Assembly: GCA_905235385.1 (NCBI GenBank) | Contig: CAJOLB010000001.1 | Coordinates: 1 to 50,228, forward strand | Length of the DNA: 50,228 nucleotides | From: an uncultured Alphaproteobacteria bacterium | GTDB taxonomy: Bacteria; Pseudomonadota; Alphaproteobacteria; RF32; CAG-239 | Reading direction: 5' to 3' | Shown here: positions 18,919-26,970 of the stretch, piece after piece | How the letters are laid out: every line of letters starts with the position of its first letter | Position numbering within the stretch: the first letter of the stretch is position 1 | Notes under the pieces: generated by a model | Told to the model about the DNA's origin: nothing | Seen by the model: only the letters and a program-made list of their open reading frames with translations | The model's database searches: none | Position numbers and translations under genes: made by a program

Positions 18919-19509
18919 TTAAGACCATATAAAAAAGAAATGACAAGTTGAAGCGTCATCACAAACGCTGCAAAGCTCTTGCATACGATTAATTGTTAAA
19001 GTTTTAAGAGCATTCCTTGTAACATAATTCGTATGTTGACCGCTGACATTTTCGTTGTATTTAACAAACAGCGTTTCTAATAAGAAATCAGCCCTTGGAA
19101 CAGCCTGTTTATAAAGGTTAACACAAATATCATAGGCATCTTTTTTAATCTGAACTCTCAAACCAAAATAGTACGCACAAGTTTCACAGGAACGGTTTCG
19201 ATAGAGTAAAACTTGATTTTGAAAAGAATCATAAACAAAGGCGCTATTGTCTTTAACCATTTCTTTTGGAATAACCCCAAGAGAATTGAAAAAATTTTTT
19301 GCATAGTATGGAACAGCGCTTAAATCAATGCCCTGAGAATGCAAAACAGCAGAATTATCCAAGATATACCCGATTTGTTCGGCTTGTTTGTTTAAACGAT
19401 GTTGATACATGGCTTTTGAGTATCCGGCTAAACCACCGGCGGATAAAACCCCGATAATCGCTAGAACGCCCAGCATTTCAACCATACTTCTACCCTTTTG
19501 ATGCATCAT
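18919..19509 (-). CDS. Type IV pilin/pseudopilin-like protein
   Basis: Class III signal QKG|RSMVEMLGVLAIIGVLSAGGLAGY (G-1, E+5) and a Cys-rich C-terminal domain. AGGGGAG RBS. Confidence 0.88.
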   Translation of the reverse strand: MMHQKGRSMVEMLGVLAIIGVLSAGGLAGYSKAMYQHRLNKQAEQIGYILDNSAVLHSQGIDLSAVPYYAKNFFNSLGVIPKEMVKDNSAFVYDSFQNQVLLYRNRSCETCAYYFGLRVQIKKDAYDICVNLYKQAVPRADFLLETLFVKYNENVSGQHTNYVTRNALKTLTINRMQELCSVCDDASTCHFFFIWS

Positions 19510-19520
19510 AACTCCCCTTT

Positions 19521-19658
19521 AAAAGTGTAAAGAAAAAATGAACCTATTTTTTTTACACTTTTTAAAATTTCATTTTAATTGATTCTTAAGGGAAATTTTA
19601 GTACAATAATCTTAAAGGAATCGTAAAAATTTAAGGTTCCTTTTTTCTTTACACTTTG
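19521..19658. repeat. Inverted pair of 42-bp palindromic sites (candidate invertible promoter segment)
   Basis: 19522-19545 matches the reverse complement of 19634-19657 at 23/24 positions. Each site is a dyad centred on AA/TT (19541-42 and 19637-38). Confidence 0.85.
19575..19607 (+). promoter_or_regulatory. sigma70-type promoter with overlapping CtrA-like box, inside the inverted pair
   Basis: TTGATT(19579)-N17-TACAAT(19602); TTAA-N7-TTAA at 19575-19589. Confidence 0.65.
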
Positions 19659-19768
19659 AGCAATATTTATTCATTTTTAAATAATATTTCACATCAATCA
19701 TTTTTTATCTTGACCATTTGTTACTTTTAAGATACAAAACTCACATAAAGTAACAAAGGAGAAATATT

Positions 19769-21943
19769 TTGAAAAATTTTGTGAGATTTTGCCTTCGGAC
19801 ATTTTTTTATGTTTTTAAGGTCAGATGTCAGTTTCAGTTCGATTTAAAAAAACTCCCTAAAAAAGGTGTATATGTTTCGAACCACGTATCATATTTGGAC
19901 CCTGTTTTGTTATTTGCCTTTCTGCCAGGAAATCCGATCTTTGCCTTAAACGGACACCTATATCGTCGCCGTTTTATTCGTTTTTTGATGAAAACGGCAG
20001 ATATCATGGAATATAATCCCATTGAACCGGCAGATTTAAAAGAATTAATTAATAAAGTTAACGACAATCGTTTAGTTGTTATTTTTGCTGAAGGGCGTAT
20101 TACTGAAACAGGCGGTTTAATGAAAATTTATGAAGCCCCCGGACTTTTGGCGGATAAAACTCAAGCGCCAATTATTCCGATTTGGATCGAGGGTCCTCAA
20201 TACAGCTATTTTTCAAAAACAAAAGACAAATTACCGCATCGCCCGATGCCTAAAATGTTGATTACGGTCGGCGCACCCAAACCTTTGAAACTAAAAGATG
20301 AGTTGCGCCGTCAGCGTGACCACTTAAGCAATGAAATTTATCATATTTTAACGGATATGCAGTTCAAAATTACATATAATCCGGACATTTCAATTTTTGC
20401 ACAGCTTGTCAAAACTTCTAAAGTTTATTCTAAGAAAGGCTTTTTCTTTAAGCGCCCGATGGTTATTGAAGATATCAACCGCAAGCCTTTGAGCTATAAA
20501 GACTTATTATTAAGGGTTTATTTGCTTGGCAAGTTTTTTAAGAAAAAAGCTGCCCATTTTGAACATGTCGGTTTGTTGCTTCCGAACACGATCGCAGCAG
20601 TTGCAACATTTTTAGGATTATCCGCTTATGAGCGTGTGCCGGTGATGCTGAACTTTTCGGTTGGTGCAAAAAATATGCTCTCCATGTGCAGAACGGCTCA
20701 GGTTAAATTTGTGATTACCTCATTAACCTTTATCCGCACAGCTAAAATGGAACCTGTTGTCGAGCTTTTAAAGTCAAGTGGTATTGAAGTGTTTTATCTC
20801 GAAAGTCTAGCTAAAAAACTTGGAATCATCAGCAAACTCGGCGCTCTTTTACGATATAAAACAAAGCGCGTACCGCACAGACACGGTGGAAACAGAAAGG
20901 CAGCTATTTTGTTTACTTCCGGTTCTGAAGGTGCTCCAAAAGCTGTTGTTTTAAGCCATGCTAACATTATTTCAAACATCAAACAGGTTACAACTGTTGA
21001 AACAATAAACATGAAAGATTTGGTGTTTAATGCTATGCCTATGTTTCATAGTTTTGGCTTAACCATAGGTACTCTGTTTCCGCTCTTGGAAGGTGGGCGT
21101 GTATTCCTTTACCCCTCACCTTTGCACTATCGTGTGATTGCTGAGTTAATTTATGAACTTGGTGCAACGATTCTTTTTGGAACAGATACCTTTTTCAGAG
21201 GTTACGGTCGTATTGCGCACCCTTATGATTTCTATAACGTTCGTTTTATGTATGCCGGTGCTGAAGCTGTTAAATTAGATACAAGAAACTTATTTATGGA
21301 ACATATGGGCGTTCGCATTATGGAAGCCTACGGTGTAACAGAATGTGCCCCGTTTGTTGCGGCAAATAATCACGTGTATAACCGCTTTGGCTCGATCGGT
21401 AAAATCGTGCCGGGTATTGAATATAAAGTTGAACCTGTTCCGGGTATAGAAAAAGGCGGTGAACTCGTCGTTAAAGGACCGAACATTATGCTCGGATACA
21501 TTATGCCTGACAATCCCGGAGTACTTGTGCCCTTAGAGGGCGGATGGTATCATACGGGTGATGTGGTTGAAATTGATGAAATCGGATATGTCTATATTAA
21601 AGACCGTATCAAACGCTTTGCTAAAATCGGCGGCGAAATGGTTTCTTTAAATGCCGTTCAGGATATGGTTATCAGCGCTTATGAATGGATGGGACCTGAT
21701 TTCAGCTACGGCATTGTTGCCGTCCCACACGAAAGCAAGGGTGAACAAATTGTTTTGGTTACCAACAACATGCAGGTCAAGCAAGAAGTTTTGCACGATT
21801 ATATCAAAAACAACGGTATGTCCGAACTCTTCTTGCCGCGAACGATTTTGTATCATGAGAAAATCCCCGCTTTCCTAACAGGTAAAACCGATAATGTTAC
21901 CTTGAAAAAAGAAGTGATGGAAGAACTCGGATTAAATAAATAA
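19769..21943 (+). CDS. aas: Bifunctional acyltransferase / acyl-ACP synthetase
   Basis: NHVSYLD, FAEGR, FTSGSEGAPK, EAYGVTE, WYHTGD, KIGGEMVSL. Confidence 0.92.
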   Translation: MKNFVRFCLRTFFYVFKVRCQFQFDLKKLPKKGVYVSNHVSYLDPVLLFAFLPGNPIFALNGHLYRRRFIRFLMKTADIMEYNPIEPADLKELINKVNDNRLVVIFAEGRITETGGLMKIYEAPGLLADKTQAPIIPIWIEGPQYSYFSKTKDKLPHRPMPKMLITVGAPKPLKLKDELRRQRDHLSNEIYHILTDMQFKITYNPDISIFAQLVKTSKVYSKKGFFFKRPMVIEDINRKPLSYKDLLLRVYLLGKFFKKKAAHFEHVGLLLPNTIAAVATFLGLSAYERVPVMLNFSVGAKNMLSMCRTAQVKFVITSLTFIRTAKMEPVVELLKSSGIEVFYLESLAKKLGIISKLGALLRYKTKRVPHRHGGNRKAAILFTSGSEGAPKAVVLSHANIISNIKQVTTVETINMKDLVFNAMPMFHSFGLTIGTLFPLLEGGRVFLYPSPLHYRVIAELIYELGATILFGTDTFFRGYGRIAHPYDFYNVRFMYAGAEAVKLDTRNLFMEHMGVRIMEAYGVTECAPFVAANNHVYNRFGSIGKIVPGIEYKVEPVPGIEKGGELVVKGPNIMLGYIMPDNPGVLVPLEGGWYHTGDVVEIDEIGYVYIKDRIKRFAKIGGEMVSLNAVQDMVISAYEWMGPDFSYGIVAVPHESKGEQIVLVTNNMQVKQEVLHDYIKNNGMSELFLPRTILYHEKIPAFLTGKTDNVTLKKEVMEELGLNK

Positions 21944-21945
21944 CA

Positions 21946-21977
21946 AAAAGCCTCTCAAACGAGAGGCTCTTTTTTTT
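21946..21977. terminator. Bidirectional terminator
   Basis: AGCCTCTC-AAAC-GAGAGGCT flanked by A and T runs. Confidence 0.75.
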
Positions 21978-24002
21978 CTATAAGCTGCCTGTTTTCAAAA
22001 GTTTGTAATATTTATAAACAGATCCGTCCTGAACGCTCCAACTGAAATCCTTTTTCATGGCATTGATTTTCATAGCCTTGATAACATCCGGCGTTCTGTA
22101 AAAACAGTACAAAGCTTTTTGTAAAGTATCGGCATAAGCATTAACATTATTTTTTAGTTTTTGAGCTTCGGTATTTGAACCATACACTTTTTGACCGTCA
22201 GCAAAAAAGACATCTGTCCTGAAGCCGTTAACCCCGCTTTCTATTGTATCAACCAAACCGCCGGTCGAAGTAGCGATAGGAAGCGCCCCTTTAGCCATAG
22301 CCTCCATTTGTGTCAGACCGCAAGGTTCAAACAAAGAAGGCATAAGATAAAAGTCAGAAGCAAGTTGCAAAGCGTATGCGAACTCATCTCTGTATCCTCT
22401 GAAAACAAAAATTCTTTCTGCTGCTTGTGAACTTATTTTAGAAACTTTATCGCGAAATTCTGTCAGCATTTTATAAAGCCTGACATCTCCGGCACCGCCC
22501 ATAGCAACAATCGGAAACTCATATTTCATCTCTTTTATTTTAACAAGCGTCTTTAAAAGAGATTCACAGGCAATATCATATCCTTTTTGTTCGACAAGAC
22601 GACTCGTTGCACACATAAAAGGAATTTTTGATGCACTTTTTGCAAGAGCGGATAAATCCGAAAACTTATAAATATCTATAAGAGGAATCACTTTGTTTTT
22701 GAATGTGTTATCCGAAGCAATTCGAGACAATAGTTTAATGCATTCTTCTTTGTTCTTGGTTTTATTGGCAAGAGTGTTTTCATCATAAATTTTAAAATCA
22801 AACCCCGTAAAATAAGAATTTAAGCGCTGAATTTTTGCCTGATTCGGAGAGATTAATTTTTTCTCATATCCATTCACGATACCAAAAAATGTATGATAAT
22901 TTTTACGTATTTTCAAAATATCTCTGAAATCAAGACCCAACCCTAAATCTTTCGAAACCTCTTCCATATAGTTCTTTGAAACGGTAACAATACGATCTGC
23001 CAAATGAAAATTAGAAGAAGCCTGATTGTAACAATCATAAACGAGTAAAGTATTGGTTGTCCGCGGATTGCTGTTTTTAACCGTTTTGGCATTTTTAAAA
23101 ACATTCACGGTGTATTCTTCATAAAGACCATTAAGCAACCGAGCCGTATTGGGAAAATCCCATCCTTGATATCCTAAATGGTGCGCAATATGAATAATCG
23201 GCAAATTCCGAATGAGTGTTGATGATTCTTGAGTTATTTTACCGTCGCCGGCCTGAAGAGGAGATAAATATTTGCATAATCCGCTCAAAGCGCCGCTGTG
23301 CCAATCATTGGCCACAATAATATTCGGCGCTTTCAGATTCCGTATATGAGCTTCCGAAGATTCCACTAAGATTGTATAAACAGCCTTAGAGAAAAAGGCA
23401 AATCTCTCAACTTCATCAATATTGCTTTGATTTAAAACATAACACCCGTCTTGCGTAGAAGGATTTTTCGGCGAAGGATTGATACCAAAAAAATGCTGAT
23501 TTCGCAAAAAGATATAGCGAACATCATTAAAAACACCGGAATATAACTCAACGTCATATTCTTTAAGATTTGACTCACCGTCAACAAATACGACCGAAAC
23601 AGCCCCCAAAAGAGAAACGGCCACTTTTTGATTTTCAGCGCCGTAATATATATTGTTTTCCAGTTTTGCTGATTTTTTGCCGGTATTCCCCTCATACATC
23701 GGGGTAATAATCGACATTCTGTGAGACAAATGTTCAAATGTTTTATTAAAATTTTCCGGCAACTCGGAAGCAACCATACCAAGACCGCCCCACTTCATGA
23801 AAGTAGCTGTCTCGGAAGACAAAATCCAAGCATCAATCAAATCAATTTGAGGCCATTCTTTTTCTCCCAGACAAGAAATTTGGGCAATTGTTTGAATAAA
23901 TGAAAAATCTGTCTGATCCGTCTTAGAAGTAAATGGTAATGATTTGTTCTTATTGAAACCCTCTTCAAGGAATCCTGATGATAAATTTGAATTTTCAGAC
24001 AT
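21978..24002 (-). CDS. glgA: Glycogen/starch synthase (GT5)
   Basis: KxGGL (KWGGL), NDWH, GIVNG, SRLVEQKG, MPSLFEPCGLTQM, TGGLVDT. Confidence 0.85.
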   Translation of the reverse strand: MSENSNLSSGFLEEGFNKNKSLPFTSKTDQTDFSFIQTIAQISCLGEKEWPQIDLIDAWILSSETATFMKWGGLGMVASELPENFNKTFEHLSHRMSIITPMYEGNTGKKSAKLENNIYYGAENQKVAVSLLGAVSVVFVDGESNLKEYDVELYSGVFNDVRYIFLRNQHFFGINPSPKNPSTQDGCYVLNQSNIDEVERFAFFSKAVYTILVESSEAHIRNLKAPNIIVANDWHSGALSGLCKYLSPLQAGDGKITQESSTLIRNLPIIHIAHHLGYQGWDFPNTARLLNGLYEEYTVNVFKNAKTVKNSNPRTTNTLLVYDCYNQASSNFHLADRIVTVSKNYMEEVSKDLGLGLDFRDILKIRKNYHTFFGIVNGYEKKLISPNQAKIQRLNSYFTGFDFKIYDENTLANKTKNKEECIKLLSRIASDNTFKNKVIPLIDIYKFSDLSALAKSASKIPFMCATSRLVEQKGYDIACESLLKTLVKIKEMKYEFPIVAMGGAGDVRLYKMLTEFRDKVSKISSQAAERIFVFRGYRDEFAYALQLASDFYLMPSLFEPCGLTQMEAMAKGALPIATSTGGLVDTIESGVNGFRTDVFFADGQKVYGSNTEAQKLKNNVNAYADTLQKALYCFYRTPDVIKAMKINAMKKDFSWSVQDGSVYKYYKLLKTGSL

Positions 24003-24152
24003 ATTTTCTCTCTTAGGTTTGTGGTATATTATTTGTTATAGCATTTATTTTGAATAAAACAACTAAAAAAACTTAAATCTCTTGACTTGTGAATGTTTAA
24101 TCACTAAGTTGATAATATATCAATAGGATTTATAAATTAAAGAGGTTTAGCT

Positions 24153-24707
24153 ATGAAAAAACATCATCATTTTGAAGATGAAAAAGAAATTGAAAGCCAA
24201 TCAACAGAAGAATGTCCCGATAAAAATCAAGAAACAGATACAAAAACAGATGAAGATTTGACTGCGGCGCTTGAAGAAAATCAAAAATTAAAAGACGAGC
24301 TCTTACGTGCTTTGGCCGAATCGGAAAACATCAAAAAAAGATGTGCCGCTGAAATCGAAAAAACAAACAAATATGCCGTTTCATCATTTGCCAAAGATTT
24401 GCTGGGCGTTGCCGACAATTTGGATCGAGCTCTGAACGCTGTCCAAAATGAAACGAGCGATGATGCCAAGGCACTGCTTGAAGGTGTTGAACTCACGAAA
24501 AAAGAACTCACGCACGTCTTTGAAAAATTTGGTATTACAAAAATGGAAAGCATGGGAAAACCCTTTGACCCGAATTTCCATCAGGTTATTCAACAAGTTT
24601 CAGACCCGTCAAAACCTGCCGGAACAATTATTTCCGAGCTGCAAACGGGATATATGATTAACGGGCGTATCTTACGCGAAGCGATGGTTGTCGTCGCCAA
24701 AGACTAA
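24153..24707 (+). CDS. grpE: Nucleotide exchange factor
   Basis: RALAESENIKKR, LLGVADNLDRAL, FDPNFHQ, GYMINGRILR. Confidence 0.96.
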   Translation: MKKHHHFEDEKEIESQSTEECPDKNQETDTKTDEDLTAALEENQKLKDELLRALAESENIKKRCAAEIEKTNKYAVSSFAKDLLGVADNLDRALNAVQNETSDDAKALLEGVELTKKELTHVFEKFGITKMESMGKPFDPNFHQVIQQVSDPSKPAGTIISELQTGYMINGRILREAMVVVAKD

Positions 24708-24724
24708 ATTTTTTAAGGTCTGCC

Positions 24725-26446
24725 ATGTCTTTTGACTTAATGTTTCAAAAAGCAAATGAACTATATCTCAACGGAGCTTACAGACAAGCTGAAAGGATTT
24801 ATCGGCAGATTTTGGCTTTTGCGCCTGAAAATGCAGATGTTTTGAATATGCTCGGGCTCGTTGCGGCCGCTCAAAACGAACATGAAGAGGCTGTCAGTTG
24901 CTTTTACGCAGCCTTAAAAAGTGCCACGAACCCCTTACCTGTTTATTTTAATCTTGCTGTGTCTCTGACATATATATCAAAATTTAACGAGGCAATAGAA
25001 GCTTATGAGCATATTTTAAAAATCGCTCCGAACACCAAAGAAGCCTATAACAATTTAGGCGGTATTTATGAAAAGACAGGCGATATCCAAAAGGCTAAAA
25101 TAAGTTATCAAAAAGCCATTGAATTAGATCAAAATTATATTGATCCTTTAGTCAATATTGCCTTTTTAGAAAAAGATGAATCAACCCTTGAAGCAACAGC
25201 TTTGAAGTTTAGCGCTTCTCCAGTGCCTTTTTATTATCTTGCCTTAATGAATTATGAAACAGGTGATTACAAAAAAGCATTATCCTTCATTTTAAAAGCC
25301 GATCAATTAGAAGAATCATACGATATTAAAAACCTCACAGCTCAAATTTATCTAAAGCTTTCAGAAAACGAAAATGCCATAAAATATTTTCATCAAGCAC
25401 TTATTTTGGCCCCGAAAAGTCTGGACGCTCTTATCGATTTAGGCACATTGGAACAAAATGAATCATATTTAAAAAAAGCAATATCCATCAACTTTCAAAA
25501 CCCTCAGGCACACCTTGCCTATGCTGACTTTTTATCCCACGAAAACCGAAAAGCTGAAGCTTTGGAAGAATATCGCCAAGCACTTCTGTTAGGAGCTAAA
25601 AATGCAGCTTTATGCAACAATATCGCTTTGATTTTAAAAGATATGGCAGATTATAAAGGTGCACTTGATTTGTTCTTAAATGCCTTTTTGGAAGATCCTG
25701 AAAATCAAAATATTGCAATCAATATGGCTGAAACTCTTGTTCTTCTTTACAATTCAGAACCTGATGCTGCCATAAAAATAGCAAAACTTTGGGAAAAGAA
25801 CGCACCCGAAAATGTGTTTGCCAAGAAAACGCTTGCCTCTTTTGAAAACAACACCGAAAAACAAGTTGAGGGTTATACCGAGCAATTATTTGATAATTTT
25901 GCTCATATTTATGATGAGCGCATGAAAGAAATCAAGTATAATGTTTTTAATAAAATCAAAGAGTTAGAATTACATCTTGAGGGCAATATTTTAGATTTGG
26001 GGTGTGCAACGGGATTGGCTCCCGAAAATCTAAAAACCCAAAACAGCCGTTGGACCGGCGTCGATATCTCGGAAAATATGCTCAAATCAGCCAAAGATAA
26101 AAAGCTGTATGAGACTTTGCACCAAAGCGATATAGAACAATTTTTAAAAGATAATTCAAAGACTTATGACAATATTTTATGCTTAGATGTTCTCGAATAT
26201 ATTCAACATTATGAAAATATCTTCAAACTCTGTTGCCCTTCCCGCCTCATTTTAACAATCGAAACAGCGCCGAAAAACATCAAAACCGTAACCTTATCGC
26301 CTCAAGGTCGCTATCAGCACAATCCGAAACATATTGAAGAACAACTTCAAAAAGCCGGATATAAAACGATTAACACACATAAACTCGTTTTAAGAAAAGA
26401 AAACGGCAAAGATGTGGAAGGTGTCTTGTTTATTGCAAATGCATAA
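24725..26446 (+). CDS. TPR-repeat protein with C-terminal SAM methyltransferase domain
   Basis: Multiple TPRs (AYNNLGGIY), LFDNFA, ILDLGCATG, GVDISENM, GRYQH. Confidence 0.88.
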   Translation: MSFDLMFQKANELYLNGAYRQAERIYRQILAFAPENADVLNMLGLVAAAQNEHEEAVSCFYAALKSATNPLPVYFNLAVSLTYISKFNEAIEAYEHILKIAPNTKEAYNNLGGIYEKTGDIQKAKISYQKAIELDQNYIDPLVNIAFLEKDESTLEATALKFSASPVPFYYLALMNYETGDYKKALSFILKADQLEESYDIKNLTAQIYLKLSENENAIKYFHQALILAPKSLDALIDLGTLEQNESYLKKAISINFQNPQAHLAYADFLSHENRKAEALEEYRQALLLGAKNAALCNNIALILKDMADYKGALDLFLNAFLEDPENQNIAINMAETLVLLYNSEPDAAIKIAKLWEKNAPENVFAKKTLASFENNTEKQVEGYTEQLFDNFAHIYDERMKEIKYNVFNKIKELELHLEGNILDLGCATGLAPENLKTQNSRWTGVDISENMLKSAKDKKLYETLHQSDIEQFLKDNSKTYDNILCLDVLEYIQHYENIFKLCCPSRLILTIETAPKNIKTVTLSPQGRYQHNPKHIEEQLQKAGYKTINTHKLVLRKENGKDVEGVLFIANA

Positions 26447-26700
26447 TTAAAAACATATCCGCGCCTGCTGCTCATCATCATTTTACGATGTTGGGTTTTA
26501 CGCATGAACTTCTTTCGTGGTCGTTTTCGTTTAGCTCTTCACAACGATTTTTGACATTTCTCCAGACACAAAAAAAGACAGAACTTGATTACTATCCTTT
26601 CCTGCTGGTATAGCGACGTAAGAAAAAATGAGATATCTATCAATTTGATGTGTTTGTAATTTTGTTCTTGCTTTATTTTTATCATAAGATATGATGTTTT

Positions 26701-26960
26701 TGTACCATTTAGGTGCAAGGCTGTCAGAAGCCTCATACACGAAACGGTGTTTTACATTAAGGATATAGCATCGTCATTTATGCTCTTTATATTAAAGAAC
26801 ATAATAAATATATCCCCGATTTTAATATCTCTTATGGTCGGGGGGCTTTTAGCGAATGTTCAAGGATATATCCCAAAGGCTAAAAGAGTCATTTTTTCGT
26901 GTATGATTTCTGAACTCCCTGACCACCTGACTGGTGGTTGTTTTTTTTATTTTCAGGGAG
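26701..26960 (+). ncRNA. Candidate structured RNA / attenuating 5' leader (family not recognised)
   Basis: Upstream TTGCTT-N16-TATGAT, nested stems with plus-strand G-U pairs, a terminal hairpin plus T run, and an anti-SD stem. Confidence 0.5.
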
Positions 26961-26970
26961 ATTTTTAAAA

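Noticed and set aside
26701-26960. tmRNA, RNase P RNA, T-box, or cobalamin/FMN/SAM-I riboswitch
   Set aside because: No T-arm/CCA, GAGGAAAGTCC or recognisable aptamer cores were seen by eye. An Rfam search is still needed.
26531-26968. Short ORFs 26531-26740, 26539-26736 and 26747-26968
   Set aside because: No RBS or recognisable domain. They overlap the promoter and structured region, though a decayed gene cannot be excluded.
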